From the NCBI RefSeq assembly GCF_058153355.1, contig NZ_CM177019.1: 64,000 nt of DNA; one strand, written 5' to 3'. Both the position numbers and the translations under genes were made by a program. Positions 22,055 to 33,679 of this stretch are shown here, in pieces. The stretch's first letter is position 1. The number at the start of each line of letters is the position of its first letter. The notes under the pieces are model-generated. The model did not search any database. It worked only from the letters and a program-made list of their open reading frames with translations, and had not been told where the DNA came from.

Positions 22055-23499
22055 TGCAGGAAATCTATCGTTTTATCGACGATGCGATTGAAGCCGATCG
22101 CCAACGTTATACCGATATTGCCGATCAAATCTGGGATCATCCAGAAACACGTTTTGAAGAGTTCTGGTCAGCGGAGCATCTGGCTTCGGCGCTGGAATCT
22201 GCAGGCTTCACCGTGACTCGCAACGTAGGCAATATCCCAAATGCCTTTATTGCTTCGTTTGGTCAAGGCAAACCGGTTATCGCCTTGCTGGGGGAATATG
22301 ACGCCCTGGCAGGTTTAAGTCAGCAAGCAGGTTGCGCGCAGCCTACATCCACGACGCCCGGTGAAAATGGTCACGGTTGCGGACACAATTTGCTGGGAAC
22401 CGCCGCTTTTGCCGCAGCAATAGCCGTCAAGAAATGGCTGGAACAATATGGGCAAGGCGGCACGGTGCGCTTTTATGGTTGTCCTGGCGAAGAAGGCGGC
22501 TCGGGAAAAACGTTCATGGTCCGCGAGGGGTTATTTGATGATGTGGATGCGGCACTCACCTGGCACCCGGAAGCCTTTGCCGGTATGTTCAATACCCGCA
22601 CGCTGGCAAATATTCAAGCATCATGGCGCTTTAAAGGGATCGCAGCACATGCTGCAAATTCCCCTCATTTGGGACGCAGCGCCCTTGATGCCGTAACGTT
22701 GATGACCACTGGCACCAACTTCCTCAACGAACATATTATTGAAAAAGCGCGCGTACACTATGCCATCACAGAGAGCGGCGGGATCTCGCCCAACGTGGTC
22801 CAGGCGCAGGCAGAAGTGCTTTATCTTATCCGCGCCCCCGAAATGACCGACGTGCAGCATATTTATGATCGGGTAGCCAAAATCGCCGAAGGTGCGGCAT
22901 TGATGACCGAAACCACGGTTGAATGCCGCTTCGACAAAGCCTGTTCCAGTTATCTCCCTAATCGCACCTTAGAAAAGGCCATGTACCAGGCTCTGTCCCA
23001 TTTTGGAACCCCTGAATGGAAATCCGAAGAACTGGCTTTTGCGAAACAAATTCAGGCTACGCTCACCCCCAACGATCGGCAAAACAGTCTGAATAATATC
23101 GCCGCAACCGGTGGAGAAAACGGCAAGGCTTTTGCACTACGTCATCGTGAAACGGTACTGGCGAATGAAGTCGCTCCATATGCCGCCACCGATAACGTGC
23201 TTGCGGCATCAACTGATGTCGGCGACGTCAGTTGGAAACTGCCTGTTGCCCAGTGTTTCAGCCCCTGTTTCGCCGTCGGTACACCGCTACATACGTGGCA
23301 ACTGGTTAGCCAGGGGCGAACGTCTATTGCTCATAAAGGAATGCTGCTGGCGGCGAAAACTATAGCAGCAACCACACTTAATCTCTTCATTGATTCAGGG
23401 CTATTGCAAGAATGCCAACAAGAGCATCAGCAAGTTACGGACACGCAACCGTATCACTGCCCTATCCCGAAAAACGTGACACCGTCACCTTTAAAATAA
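22054..23499 (+). CDS. abgB: p-aminobenzoyl-glutamate hydrolase subunit B (M20 peptidase, 481 aa)
   Basis: M20 family with GHGCGHN motif; translationally coupled to abgA. Confidence 0.85.
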   Translation: MQEIYRFIDDAIEADRQRYTDIADQIWDHPETRFEEFWSAEHLASALESAGFTVTRNVGNIPNAFIASFGQGKPVIALLGEYDALAGLSQQAGCAQPTSTTPGENGHGCGHNLLGTAAFAAAIAVKKWLEQYGQGGTVRFYGCPGEEGGSGKTFMVREGLFDDVDAALTWHPEAFAGMFNTRTLANIQASWRFKGIAAHAANSPHLGRSALDAVTLMTTGTNFLNEHIIEKARVHYAITESGGISPNVVQAQAEVLYLIRAPEMTDVQHIYDRVAKIAEGAALMTETTVECRFDKACSSYLPNRTLEKAMYQALSHFGTPEWKSEELAFAKQIQATLTPNDRQNSLNNIAATGGENGKAFALRHRETVLANEVAPYAATDNVLAASTDVGDVSWKLPVAQCFSPCFAVGTPLHTWQLVSQGRTSIAHKGMLLAAKTIAATTLNLFIDSGLLQECQQEHQQVTDTQPYHCPIPKNVTPSPLK

Positions 23500-23535
23500 C
23501 AACAACAACGCAAACACAACAATCGAGGAATGCCC

Positions 23536-25062
23536 ATGAGTATGTCATCCATACCGTCGTCCTCCCAATCCGGGAAGCTCTATGGCTGGGTCGAAAGAAT
23601 TGGTAACAAGGTTCCCCATCCTTTTTTGCTCTTTATCTATTTGATTATCGTACTCATGGTGACGACGGCAATTTTGTCGGCCTTTGGCGTCAGTGCGAAA
23701 AACCCGACCGATGGTACGCCAGTGGTCGTGAAAAACCTGCTCAGTGTGGAAGGATTACACTGGTTTTTACCCAATGTGATTAAAAACTTTAGCGGTTTTG
23801 CCCCACTAGGCGCGATCCTGGCGCTGGTTTTAGGTGCTGGTCTGGCGGAACGCGTCGGCTTACTGCCAGCGTTAATGGTTAAAATGGCATCGCATGTGAA
23901 TGCCCGCTATGCCAGTTATATGGTGTTGTTTATTGCTTTTTTCAGCCATATATCATCCGATGCGGCGTTAGTTATCATGCCACCGATGGGCGCATTGATT
24001 TTTCTGGCGGTGGGCAGGCATCCAGTGGCAGGTTTACTGGCCGCCATTGCAGGCGTCGGTTGCGGCTTTACGGCTAATTTACTGATTGTCACAACCGACG
24101 TGTTGCTGTCGGGGATCAGCACGGAAGCTGCGGCTGCGTTCAATCCGCAAATGCACGTCAGTGTAATTGATAACTGGTATTTTATGGCCAGCTCCGTAGT
24201 CGTACTGACGGTTGTTGGCGGCCTGATAACCGACAAAATCATTGAGCCACGGTTAGGTCAATGGCAGGGAAACAGCGATGAGAAACTGCAGACATTGACC
24301 GAAAGTCAGCGTTTTGGTTTACGCATAGCAGGTGTCGTATCGCTACTTTTTATTGCTGCGATTGCGCTGATGGTGATCCCGGTAAACGGTATATTGCGCG
24401 ATCCGATTAATCACACCGTGATGCCATCACCCTTTATTAAAGGTATCGTGCCACTGATCATTCTTTTTTTCTTTGTGGTCTCGCTGGCTTATGGCATCGC
24501 TACCCGCACAATTCGACGTCAGGCGGATTTACCGCATTTAATGATTGAACCGATGAAAGAGATGGCGGGATTTATCGTGATGGTTTTTCCCCTCGCCCAG
24601 TTTGTCGCCATGTTTAACTGGAGCAACATGGGGAAATTCATCGCCGTGGGGCTGACCGATATACTGGAAAGTTCAGGGCTTAGCGGCATCCCGGCGTTTG
24701 TCGGTCTGGCGTTGCTTTCCTCTTTCTTATGCATGTTTATCGCCAGCGGTTCCGCAATCTGGTCGATTCTGGCCCCCATTTTCGTACCGATGTTTATGCT
24801 ACTTGGCTTTCACCCGGCATTTGCGCAAATCCTCTTTCGTATTGCCGACTCATCCGTATTGCCTTTAGCGCCGGTATCTCCTTTTGTTCCACTGTTTCTT
24901 GGATTCCTGCAACGTTACAAACCAGACGCGAAACTGGGTACTTACTATTCGTTAGTTTTGCCCTATCCACTTATCTTTTTGGTGGTATGGCTGCTGATGT
25001 TGCTGGCGTGGTATCTTGTTGGTCTGCCGATAGGTCCGGGGATTTACCCTCGTTTGTCTTAA
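23536..25062 (+). CDS. abgT: p-aminobenzoyl-glutamate transporter AbgT (508 aa)
   Basis: polytopic membrane protein; start [18 protein letters not shown]. Confidence 0.85.
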   Translation: MSMSSIPSSSQSGKLYGWVERIGNKVPHPFLLFIYLIIVLMVTTAILSAFGVSAKNPTDGTPVVVKNLLSVEGLHWFLPNVIKNFSGFAPLGAILALVLGAGLAERVGLLPALMVKMASHVNARYASYMVLFIAFFSHISSDAALVIMPPMGALIFLAVGRHPVAGLLAAIAGVGCGFTANLLIVTTDVLLSGISTEAAAAFNPQMHVSVIDNWYFMASSVVVLTVVGGLITDKIIEPRLGQWQGNSDEKLQTLTESQRFGLRIAGVVSLLFIAAIALMVIPVNGILRDPINHTVMPSPFIKGIVPLIILFFFVVSLAYGIATRTIRRQADLPHLMIEPMKEMAGFIVMVFPLAQFVAMFNWSNMGKFIAVGLTDILESSGLSGIPAFVGLALLSSFLCMFIASGSAIWSILAPIFVPMFMLLGFHPAFAQILFRIADSSVLPLAPVSPFVPLFLGFLQRYKPDAKLGTYYSLVLPYPLIFLVVWLLMLLAWYLVGLPIGPGIYPRLS

Positions 25063-25072
25063 GAGAGAACGG

Positions 25073-25588
25073 ATGCTGAGATTACTTGAAGAAAAAATTG
25101 CCACGCCACTAGGTCCACTGTGGGTGATTTGCGATGAGCAATTTCACTTGCGGGCGGTTGAATGGGAAGAGTACAGCGAACGCATGGTGCAGCTGCTGGA
25201 CATTCATTACCGCAAAGAAGGCTATGAACGCATTTCTGCCACCAACCCAGGTGGTTTAAGCGACAAGCTTCGTGAATATTTTGCCGGTAATCTTAGCATT
25301 ATTGATACGCTTCCCACTGCCACGGGGGGGACGCCATTTCAGCGCGAGGTCTGGAAAACATTACGCACAATCCCCTGCGGGCAGGTAATGCATTACGGCC
25401 AACTGGCTGAACAATTGGGCCGCCCCGGCGCGGCGCGTGCCGTAGGTGCGGCAAATGGATCGAATCCCATCAGCATTGTTGTGCCTTGTCATCGGGTCAT
25501 TGGCAGAAACGGTACCATGACCGGATATGCAGGCGGAGTTCAGCGAAAAGAGTGGTTATTACGCCACGAAGGTTATCTTTTGCTGTAA
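25073..25588 (+). CDS. ogt: O6-alkylguanine-DNA alkyltransferase Ogt (171 aa)
   Basis: active-site PCHRV motif ([11 protein letters not shown]). Confidence 0.9.
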   Translation: MLRLLEEKIATPLGPLWVICDEQFHLRAVEWEEYSERMVQLLDIHYRKEGYERISATNPGGLSDKLREYFAGNLSIIDTLPTATGGTPFQREVWKTLRTIPCGQVMHYGQLAEQLGRPGAARAVGAANGSNPISIVVPCHRVIGRNGTMTGYAGGVQRKEWLLRHEGYLLL

Positions 25589-25749
25589 ACATTAAACAAT
25601 TTGTGCCAGCTTGTTCACACTTTTATGTAAAGTTACCCTTAATAACTTAAGGGTTTTCAAATAGATAGACATATATTTACATCTAATATCGGAATTCTCT
25701 GCTGTTAAGGTTTGCTTAGACTTACTTGCTCCCTAAAAAGATGTTAAAA

Positions 25750-25763
25750 TTGACAAATATCAA
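25750..25763 (+). promoter_or_regulatory. FNR box in fnr promoter (autoregulation site)
   Basis: TTGACAAATATCAA, near-perfect FNR consensus, about 20 bp upstream of the fnr start codon. Confidence 0.7.
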
Positions 25764-25782
25764 TTACGGCTTGAGCAGACCT

Positions 25783-26535
25783 ATGATCCCGGAAAAGCGA
25801 ATTATACGGCGCATTCAGTCTGGCGGTTGTGCTATCCATTGCCAGGATTGCAGCATCAGCCAGCTTTGCATCCCGTTCACACTCAACGAACATGAGCTTG
25901 ATCAGCTTGATAATATCATTGAGCGAAAGAAGCCTATTCAGAAAGGCCAGACGCTGTTTAAGGCTGGTGATGAACTTAAATCGCTTTATGCCATCCGCTC
26001 CGGTACGATTAAAAGTTATACCATTACTGAGCAAGGCGACGAGCAAATCACTGGTTTCCATTTAGCTGGTGACCTGGTGGGATTTGATGCCATCGGCAGC
26101 GCTCATCACCCGAGCTTCGCGCAGGCGCTGGAAACCTCGATGGTATGTGAAATTCCGTTCGAAACGCTGGACGATTTGTCCGGTAAAATGCCGAATCTGC
26201 GTCAGCAGATGATGCGTCTGATGAGCGGTGAAATCAAAGGCGATCAGGACATGATCCTGCTGTTGTCGAAGAAAAATGCCGAGGAGCGTCTGGCTGCATT
26301 CATCTACAACCTGTCCCGTCGTTTTGCCCAACGCGGCTTCTCCCCTCGTGAATTCCGCCTGACGATGACTCGTGGCGATATCGGTAACTATCTGGGCCTG
26401 ACGGTAGAAACCATCAGCCGTCTGCTGGGTCGCTTCCAGAAAAGCGGTATGCTGGCAGTCAAAGGTAAATACATCACCATCGAAAATAACGATGCGCTGG
26501 CCCAGCTTGCTGGTCATACGCGTAACGTTGCCTGA
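25783..26535 (+). CDS. fnr: global anaerobic regulator FNR (250 aa from [10 protein letters not shown])
   Basis: N-terminal Fe-S cysteine cluster [17 protein letters not shown]-family fold, C-terminal HTH ([17 protein letters not shown]). Confidence 0.95.
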   Translation: MIPEKRIIRRIQSGGCAIHCQDCSISQLCIPFTLNEHELDQLDNIIERKKPIQKGQTLFKAGDELKSLYAIRSGTIKSYTITEQGDEQITGFHLAGDLVGFDAIGSAHHPSFAQALETSMVCEIPFETLDDLSGKMPNLRQQMMRLMSGEIKGDQDMILLLSKKNAEERLAAFIYNLSRRFAQRGFSPREFRLTMTRGDIGNYLGLTVETISRLLGRFQKSGMLAVKGKYITIENNDALAQLAGHTRNVA

Positions 26536-26686
26536 TTTTTCCGCATAACTCACTATCCTTCTGTCATATCATTAAATTTTTCTGATTTATTGATCTGGCA
26601 GAAGGTTCATCACTGTTTCATTCACCAGATATGGGTTAATCTTTTAATTACAAACTGCGTTGACAGTTGTTGTAAGGAGACCCTGT

Positions 26687-27637
26687 ATGGCTATGTATCA
26701 GAACATGCTCGTTGTTATCGATCCTAACCAGGACGACCAACCAGCATTGCGGCGAGCTGTTTATTTACATCAACGGATTGGTGGCAAAATTAAAGCCTTT
26801 TTGCCGATCTATGACTTCTCATACGAAATGACCACCCTGCTCTCCCCGGACGAACGTACCGCTATGCGTCAGGGCGTCATCAGCCAGCGAACAGCCTGGA
26901 TCCACGAGCAGGCAAAATATTATCTCAATGCTGGCGTTCCCATTGAAATTAAAGTGGTCTGGCATAACCGTCCATTCGAAGCCATCATTCAGGAAGTGAT
27001 CAGCGGCGGACACGATTTGGTGCTAAAAATGGCGCACCAACATGACCGTCTGGAAGCGGTGATTTTTACGCCAACGGACTGGCATCTGTTACGCAAATGC
27101 CCAAGCCCGGTGTGGATGGTGAAAGACCAGCCGTGGCCGGAAGGGGGTAAGGCGCTGGTGGCGGTGAATCTCGCCAGTGAAGAGCCGTACCATAATGCGC
27201 TCAATGAAAAACTGGTTAAAGAGACGATCGAACTGGCGGAACAAGTCAACCATACCGAAGTTCATCTGGTTGGCGCTTATCCGGTAACGCCAATTAATAT
27301 CGCGATTGAACTGCCGGAATTTGACCCGAGCGTTTATAACGATGCCATTCGTGGGCAACATTTGCTGGCAATGAAAGCCCTACGGCAGAAATTCGGCATT
27401 AATGAAAACATGACGCACGTAGAAAAAGGTCTACCAGAAGAGGTGATTCCTGATTTGGCGGAGCACTTACAGGCGGGGATTGTGGTTCTGGGTACGGTCG
27501 GACGCACCGGTATTTCAGCAGCATTCCTCGGCAACACGGCGGAACAGGTGATTGATCATCTTCGCTGCGACCTGCTGGTCATTAAACCTGACCAGTATCA
27601 AACACCCGTTGAACTGGATGACGAAGAAGACGATTAA
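26687..27637 (+). CDS. uspE: tandem-domain universal stress protein UspE (316 aa from MAMYQNML)
   Basis: two Usp domains; acidic C-terminus ...VELDDEEDD. Confidence 0.9.
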   Translation: MAMYQNMLVVIDPNQDDQPALRRAVYLHQRIGGKIKAFLPIYDFSYEMTTLLSPDERTAMRQGVISQRTAWIHEQAKYYLNAGVPIEIKVVWHNRPFEAIIQEVISGGHDLVLKMAHQHDRLEAVIFTPTDWHLLRKCPSPVWMVKDQPWPEGGKALVAVNLASEEPYHNALNEKLVKETIELAEQVNHTEVHLVGAYPVTPINIAIELPEFDPSVYNDAIRGQHLLAMKALRQKFGINENMTHVEKGLPEEVIPDLAEHLQAGIVVLGTVGRTGISAAFLGNTAEQVIDHLRCDLLVIKPDQYQTPVELDDEEDD

Positions 27638-27658
27638 TGACTCTTCAATAACTGACAA

Positions 27659-27685
27659 GGCCCGATTTATCGGGCCTATTTTTTT
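27659..27685 (+). terminator. rho-independent terminator of uspE
   Basis: ggcccgat-tt-atcgggcc followed by tattttttt. Confidence 0.75.
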
Positions 27686-27687
27686 AA

Positions 27688-27945
27688 TTACTGCTCCTCG
27701 CCGCCAAGGAAATAAATTCCCAACGGGATTGCCAGCAACACAGTAAAGACCAGGCTATAAACAAAAATCATTGATGACTGAATCACATACATTGATGTCG
27801 TCCACTCAGACAGCGGAATATTGTACTGTTCTATCACGCCGCCGATGGTCGCGCGAGTCACAACCGACGCCGCAATAATGAAAACCGCCAACAAACCAAA
27901 GAGAAATTTCTTCCCTTTCGCTGACTTCAGTTTCGCCATAATCAT
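27688..27945 (-). CDS. ynaJ: DUF2534 inner-membrane protein YnaJ (85 aa)
   Basis: 85-aa ORF with two TM helices; convergent with uspE as in K-12. Confidence 0.75.
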   Translation of the reverse strand: MIMAKLKSAKGKKFLFGLLAVFIIAASVVTRATIGGVIEQYNIPLSEWTTSMYVIQSSMIFVYSLVFTVLLAIPLGIYFLGGEEQ

Positions 27946-28042
27946 GATGTAATCCTTGTGCAGACAAATTTCTTGTTACCTAACCGTAACAATACCATGA
28001 CATTTCACCGTTGTCTGCTCTGAAAACCTCACCTCTTAGCTG

Positions 28043-29468
28043 TAATGCCAGTCAGTTAAGCAACTGACTGGCTCTTTTTCGGGGCTGTGGGGTATTTCCA
28101 GGGCCTCTCCTTTACCACTCTCGGGAAGGCCCTTTCCCTTCTTGTCGGTAATTTCACAAGTTGTCCCATACTTGCAAGATCGCGCATCAGCTCCGGTATA
28201 CGTCCCGGTGAAGCGCCCTGCAATGTCATCAGCATTCTCATCACCATTCCGCATGATTCTGAGAAACTCAGTTGATTCGGCCAGTAACCTTTCAGATGTT
28301 CCGCCATTTTAATCATCTGATATCTCACCAGATTATAAGCCAGTAAGACACCCCACAGCTCTTGCTCCACAAGCTCCGGCTTTTTACTTCTCAGCGTCAG
28401 CCTGCTCAGTTGCATCGTCTGTTTTATCTCCCTGTATCCCAGTTCGATTTCCCAGCGATGACTGTACAGATCCGCCATTTCTCCTCCGGGGAAGCGCATG
28501 GCGTCCGTCATCGACGTCAGCAGATGGCAGACTTTTCCTTTGCGCGTCACGGTCAGCAGGCGGGCTGTCACTTCATTTCCCAGTCCCGGCCACTTTTTTC
28601 GTGCCTGCGGGCTGGTTTTCAGCTTCACCAGATGATCGCCTTTACCCAGTTTTCTGATCTCTTCATATTGCGCTCCCTTTCTGAGAGGTATCATCCAGTG
28701 GCGGTGTTCTCCCGCCAGGCTCCAGGCATTTAACAGTCCCAGTGAGTAATAACCTTTATCCATTAACGTCAGAGTGTTATCGCCGGTTTGTTCTATAAGT
28801 TGCTCAGCAAGCTCATTTTCGCTGTTCTTCATCGTGCCGAAGGCTGCAGCCGTCAGCAGATGGCTGGTCAGTTCCATCTGGCAGACCATTTTGACCTGCG
28901 GGTAGAGCGCCGGGTTCCCGGCATGTGTCTGGCGGGGGAAGGCTGCATCGTTCTCTGGTGTATCCGGTGTGCGCCAGAACACACCATCGATGGCCAGCAG
29001 GGTCAGGCCGCACCAGTGCGGATGCGGCGTGGCGTTATGCCAGAGCTGCGCTGTTTTCGTGAACACGCGGCGGACAGCCTCACTTCCCAGGCGCTGGCGG
29101 GCCTGAATAACGGCACTGGGGGCAACGAAGGGGCGATTGCCCGGCAGCATGATGTCCAGGCGATTCACAATCTGGTGAAGAGGTTCTTTACGCTCAAGCG
29201 CCATGCCAACAATACACCAGACCATCATTTCGAGGGGAAGACGGCGCTTGCGTAGCGTTACAGTACCTGATTCGGCAAGGCAACGAGAGATGAGTTCGGG
29301 GTCGAGGTAATCCCCCAGAGAAGTCAGTGGGTTACGCAGAGAATCGTAACGGGATACCAGATCAAGAGCCTGTCCAATGTGCATAAAAAAATCCGGAAAC
29401 AAGTGAGCGTTTCCGGATTCTTACACAGCCACTGGATCGGTCAACTGATCCTTAACTGATCGGCATTA
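28043..29468 (-). mobile_element. IS4 insertion sequence, 1426 bp, intact
   Basis: terminal inverted repeats TAATGCCAGTCAGTTAAG... (28043) and ...CTTAACTGATCGGCATTA (29468); identical 13-bp direct repeats CACCTCTTAGCTG at 28030..28042 and 29469..29481; single transposase ORF. Confidence 0.9.
28056..29384 (-). CDS. insG: IS4 transposase (InsG-like, 442 aa from [10 protein letters not shown])
   Basis: translation matches recalled IS4 transposase ([77 protein letters not shown]...). Confidence 0.9.
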   Translation of the reverse strand: MHIGQALDLVSRYDSLRNPLTSLGDYLDPELISRCLAESGTVTLRKRRLPLEMMVWCIVGMALERKEPLHQIVNRLDIMLPGNRPFVAPSAVIQARQRLGSEAVRRVFTKTAQLWHNATPHPHWCGLTLLAIDGVFWRTPDTPENDAAFPRQTHAGNPALYPQVKMVCQMELTSHLLTAAAFGTMKNSENELAEQLIEQTGDNTLTLMDKGYYSLGLLNAWSLAGEHRHWMIPLRKGAQYEEIRKLGKGDHLVKLKTSPQARKKWPGLGNEVTARLLTVTRKGKVCHLLTSMTDAMRFPGGEMADLYSHRWEIELGYREIKQTMQLSRLTLRSKKPELVEQELWGVLLAYNLVRYQMIKMAEHLKGYWPNQLSFSESCGMVMRMLMTLQGASPGRIPELMRDLASMGQLVKLPTRRERAFPRVVKERPWKYPTAPKKSQSVA

Positions 29469-29627
29469 CACCTCTTAGCTGGATTTACAATCAACGCATT
29501 GATTAGTTAGCTAATGTTGCTACTTCCTTCCCTGACTATTGATGATCTGAATGAATTGTCGCGGTAAAATAGCCCCGCCAGGGGTTTCCGGCATGACGAC
29601 AATTATCTGGAGGAGCCTGATAAAACA

Positions 29628-30659
29628 ATGATCGCTGAACTGTTTACAAATAATGCGCTTAATCTGGTCATTATTTTCGGTAGCTGCGCAGCATTGATTC
29701 TGATGAGCTTTTGGTTTCGCCGCGGAAATCGTAAAAGAAAAGGATTTTTATTCCATGCGGTGCAATTTTTAATCTACACCATAATTATCAGTGCTGTTGG
29801 TAGCATCATTAATTATGTTATAGAAAACTATAAACTCAAATTTATCACCCCAGGCGTTATCGATTTTATCTGTACGTCCCTGATTGCGGTTATTCTGACG
29901 ATTAAGTTATTTCTGCTGATTAATCAGTTTGAAAAACAGCAGATTAAAAAAGGTCGTGATATCACCAGTGCGCGGATTATGTCGCGTATCATCAAAATCA
30001 CCATTATTGTGGTACTTGTTTTGCTTTATGGCGAACATTTCGGCATGAGCCTTTCTGGCTTGCTGACCTTTGGTGGTATTGGTGGTCTGGCTGTCGGTAT
30101 GGCCGGTAAAGATATTTTGAGTAACTTCTTTTCCGGGATTATGCTCTATTTCGACCGTCCTTTTAGTATTGGCGACTGGATCCGTTCACCGGACAGAAAT
30201 ATCGAAGGTACAGTAGCGGAAATTGGCTGGCGAATTACCAAAATTACGACCTTTGATAATCGTCCGTTATACGTCCCGAACTCGCTGTTTTCGTCTATCA
30301 GCGTAGAAAACCCGGGGCGAATGACCAACCGACGTATTACCACGACAATCGGTTTACGTTATGAGGATGCGGCAAAAGTGGGAGCCATTGTCGAAGCCGT
30401 ACGTGAGATGCTTAAAAATCACCCAGCCATCGACCAGCGACAAACCTTACTGGTTTATTTCAACCAGTTTGCTGACTCGTCATTGAATATTATGGTTTAT
30501 TGCTTTACCAAAACCACAGTATGGGCTGAATGGCTTGCCGCCCAGCAGGATGTTTATTTGAAGATTATCGATATTGTACAGTCACACGGCGCGGATTTCG
30601 CGTTCCCAAGCCAGACGCTGTATATGGATAACATTACACCACCAGACCAGGGTCGTTAA
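29628..30659 (+). CDS. ynaI: MscS-family mechanosensitive channel YnaI (343 aa)
   Basis: N-terminal TM helices followed by MscS beta-domain ([26 protein letters not shown]). Confidence 0.85.
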   Translation: MIAELFTNNALNLVIIFGSCAALILMSFWFRRGNRKRKGFLFHAVQFLIYTIIISAVGSIINYVIENYKLKFITPGVIDFICTSLIAVILTIKLFLLINQFEKQQIKKGRDITSARIMSRIIKITIIVVLVLLYGEHFGMSLSGLLTFGGIGGLAVGMAGKDILSNFFSGIMLYFDRPFSIGDWIRSPDRNIEGTVAEIGWRITKITTFDNRPLYVPNSLFSSISVENPGRMTNRRITTTIGLRYEDAAKVGAIVEAVREMLKNHPAIDQRQTLLVYFNQFADSSLNIMVYCFTKTTVWAEWLAAQQDVYLKIIDIVQSHGADFAFPSQTLYMDNITPPDQGR

Positions 30660-30672
30660 TTCAGACATCACT

Positions 30673-30700
30673 GGCGTTACCCACAAGGGTAACGCCAGTT
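30673..30700. terminator. bidirectional hairpin between convergent ynaI and mppA
   Basis: ctggcgttaccc-acaa-gggtaacgccag. Confidence 0.6.
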
Positions 30701-30704
30701 CACA

Positions 30705-32318
30705 TCAATGTTTCACAATATACATAGTCCGGCTATACGCCACATCTTCCGGGTTATTAATGGGATAACCTTTCAGCCACGGCTTGATTAATCGTCCATT
30801 GGTATATTGATAAATTGGTGCAATCGGTGCTTGCTCCATGAGGATTTTTTCTGCCGCATTGTAATCGGCATTACGCGCTTTAACGGTATTTTCCGTCGAT
30901 GCCTGGGCCAAAACTTTGTCGTAGGCCGGGTTGTTAAAGCGTGAAATGTTGCCTGAATGCGTTGACGTTAATAATGTCAGGAAGGTGGAGGGTTCATTAT
31001 AATCCCCCACCCACGAGGCGCGGATAACATCAAAATTACCTGTATTACGACTATCGATATAGGTTTTCCATTCCTGATTTTGCAATTTAACATCTACGCC
31101 AAGGTTCTTTTTCCACATCGATGCTACAGCAATCGCAATTTTTTGATGGTTTTCTGAAGTGTTATACAAAAGCGTCAGCTTCAGCGGTTTTTGCGGACCA
31201 TAACCAGCGGCGCTCAACAAAGTTTTTGCCTGCGCATTCAGTTCTTCCTGACTCATTTGTTCAAACGGCGAAGGTTCCGGCGTAAATCCCGCGGTAACAT
31301 CTGGTGTAAAATGCCACGCTGGCTTTTCGCCCGTCCCCAACACTTTTTCGGTCATCAGGCGGCGATCTATCGTCATACTTAATGCCAGGCGAACGCGCTG
31401 ATCTGCCGTCGGCCCTTTTTGCGTGTTAAACGCATAATAATAGGTCCCGAGCTGCGGCGGCGTATAAACCTGCCCCGGAATATCCTTCAACAGCTTCTGA
31501 TACATATTTTTCGGGAAGGATTCGGTGATATCAATATCCCCCGCGAGGTAACGCTTAGTGGCTGCGGATTCCTGATTAATTGGCAGGAAGGTCACTTTTT
31601 GCAGTACCGTTTTGGCGTTATCCCAATAATGGGTATTCGGTACCACGACCAGTTTTTCATTGACTACGCGCTCTTTAAGAACATAAGCGCCATTGCCGAT
31701 CAGATTTCCGGGTTTCGTCCACTCTTTACCGCTTTCTACGTTGGCTTTTTGCACCGGGAAGAAGGCAAAGTTAGCGGTTAAATTCACAAACCACGGCAAC
31801 GGTTTATCAAGCTGAATTTTCAAAGTATGGGCATCAACTGCGGTGACGCCAAGCTGGTCAGGCGTAGCTTTACCATCAATAATCGCCTGTGCGTTGTTGA
31901 TTCCCGCCAGCGCGGCAAACCATGCAAATGGCGATAGAGTTTTCGGGTCCACCAGACGCTGCCAGCTGTAGACAAAATCTTGCGCCGTTACCGGTATGCC
32001 ATCCGCCCATTTTGCGTTATCGCGCAGGGTAAAAGTCCAGATACGGTTGTCATTACTTTTCCACTGAGTCGCAACGCCGGGGACAATCTCCCCTTTCTCG
32101 TTCTGATTCACCAGTCCTTCAAACAGATCGCGAATGACCTGAATCTCCGGCAGGCCCACGGCTTTAGCGGGATCCAGCGACGCAGGCTCATCTTTAATGT
32201 GGCGCACCAGCTCCTGCTTCTCTGCCAGTACTGTGCCGCTCGGAACTTCTGCAGCATACGAAAGAGAAATGCTGCTGACCAACAGCGCACAACACGTGAC
32301 TGAAACAGAGTGCTTCAT
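30705..32318 (-). CDS. mppA: periplasmic murein tripeptide-binding protein MppA (537 aa from MKHSVSV)
   Basis: family-5 solute-binding protein (OppA paralogue) with signal peptide. Confidence 0.9.
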   Translation of the reverse strand: MKHSVSVTCCALLVSSISLSYAAEVPSGTVLAEKQELVRHIKDEPASLDPAKAVGLPEIQVIRDLFEGLVNQNEKGEIVPGVATQWKSNDNRIWTFTLRDNAKWADGIPVTAQDFVYSWQRLVDPKTLSPFAWFAALAGINNAQAIIDGKATPDQLGVTAVDAHTLKIQLDKPLPWFVNLTANFAFFPVQKANVESGKEWTKPGNLIGNGAYVLKERVVNEKLVVVPNTHYWDNAKTVLQKVTFLPINQESAATKRYLAGDIDITESFPKNMYQKLLKDIPGQVYTPPQLGTYYYAFNTQKGPTADQRVRLALSMTIDRRLMTEKVLGTGEKPAWHFTPDVTAGFTPEPSPFEQMSQEELNAQAKTLLSAAGYGPQKPLKLTLLYNTSENHQKIAIAVASMWKKNLGVDVKLQNQEWKTYIDSRNTGNFDVIRASWVGDYNEPSTFLTLLTSTHSGNISRFNNPAYDKVLAQASTENTVKARNADYNAAEKILMEQAPIAPIYQYTNGRLIKPWLKGYPINNPEDVAYSRTMYIVKH

Positions 32319-32374
32319 AAGTTTCCCTCTAACCGACATTAAAATTGATGCGTAATTATTTGTTTCGCCTTAAA

Positions 32375-32411
32375 GAAATGCAAACAACTTCCATCAAAAA
32401 AGTGACAAAGG
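32375..32411 (+). repeat. copy A of a ~35-bp repeated intergenic element (mppA upstream)
   Basis: GAAATGCAAACAACTTCCATCAAAAAAGTGACAAAGG; near-identical copy at 36371..36408. Confidence 0.6.
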
Positions 32412-32654
32412 AAGCATCAAATGTTTTAAGTATCAATATATCAAATCAGATTTAGTGTAAATAATAGTCTCCAAAATGCGGTAAAGCACATAGAACTCCG
32501 AACACTACGTTCGGGCTTCGCACGTTCAAACCCGTTTTCGGTATCATAATCAGCATCTGTCGCCATTGTACGAAGAATAAAAAATAACCAAAACGTTGAA
32601 AGGAACTGAGAATACGTTAAGAGAAGAATTAAATTAATGTATCAGCAAGTAGTG

Positions 32655-33554
32655 CTAAACAGCACCTTTATACTTCAGCCTATCTATAAATAATGAGAAT
32701 GCCGAGCCAGCATGTCGACGGTGTGGATAGTACAGGTGATAACCGGGTAAATCTGGTGTGAATTTATCCAAAACACGTATCAGTTTTTTTTCTTTAATAG
32801 CCCGCTCAACCTGATCATAAGGTAGATACGCCAATCCATGCCCATCAATTGCAGCATCAATGATCAGGTCTATCGTATTCAGTAAAAGCTGACCTTCCAT
32901 GCGAACACGAACTTCACGTCCACCGCGTATTAATCTCCAGCGATTTGCTGTACCCGATGTGGGAAGATACAAATTAATTGCCTGATGATCTATTAATTGT
33001 GACACTGACGTTGGAGCACTTCGACGAGAAAAATAATCCGGTGAGCCAACAATAGCCATTGGTATATCTGGCCCGATTCGAATGGCGATCATATCTTTAT
33101 CCATCTCCCCACCCAGACGGACGCCTGCATCAAAACGTTCAGAAACGACATCGGTCAAACCATAATCAATGGTAAGCTGGATATCAATTTCAGGATGCGA
33201 TTTCAGGAATGTGCGCATAGCTGGTAACAATATCGTTTTTGCTGCATGTTCTACAGTAGTAATACGTATTGTCCCGGATGGGCGGTTCTGCAGATCGCTC
33301 AGGGATGTCAGGGCAGAATCTATGTCATGCAACATAGGGCCAAGAACAGACAAAAGATGCTCGCCCGCTTCAGTGGGTACAACGCTGCGCGTGGTTCGCG
33401 TCAGAAGCCGCAATCCCAATCGTTCTTCTATACGGCGCACTATCTGGCTTAAAGCTGACTGCGCCATGCTCAGGCGGGCTGCTGCGCGAGTGAAGCTACG
33501 CTCCTCTGCAACGACGACAAACGCCATCAGATCAGCGATTTCTTCACGCTTCAT
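32655..33554 (-). CDS. pgrR: LysR-type regulator PgrR/YcjZ (299 aa)
   Basis: N-terminal LysR HTH (LMAFVVVAEERSFTRAAARLSMAQSALSQIVRRIEE); divergent from ycjY. Confidence 0.8.
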   Translation of the reverse strand: MKREEIADLMAFVVVAEERSFTRAAARLSMAQSALSQIVRRIEERLGLRLLTRTTRSVVPTEAGEHLLSVLGPMLHDIDSALTSLSDLQNRPSGTIRITTVEHAAKTILLPAMRTFLKSHPEIDIQLTIDYGLTDVVSERFDAGVRLGGEMDKDMIAIRIGPDIPMAIVGSPDYFSRRSAPTSVSQLIDHQAINLYLPTSGTANRWRLIRGGREVRVRMEGQLLLNTIDLIIDAAIDGHGLAYLPYDQVERAIKEKKLIRVLDKFTPDLPGYHLYYPHRRHAGSAFSLFIDRLKYKGAV

Positions 33555-33578
33555 TCAGTATCTCCATACAATCTATTA

Positions 33579-33621
33579 ATCATTTAAATGATAGGTCTAA
33601 TCATAATTTAGGGTCTAATCA
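33579..33621. promoter_or_regulatory. putative LysR-type operator in pgrR-ycjY divergent region
   Basis: perfect palindrome ATCATTTAAATGAT (T-N11-A type) followed by direct repeats GGTCTAATCA x2. Confidence 0.35.
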
Positions 33622-33679
33622 ACTTAATGATCAATATCTATAGTGATATCACCAACCGTCAAAACGAACCGACAACTCC

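Noticed and set aside
25726-26535. Longer 269-aa form of FNR and N-terminally extended forms of uspE, uspF, hslJ, abgA, abgT, dgcM, mppA, mpaA, ycjG, tyrR, ycjX, ycjM, pspD, pspF given by the ORF track
   Set aside because: The track reports the longest ORF; homology to the known proteins places the real starts at internal Met codons, which I used for the feature coordinates.
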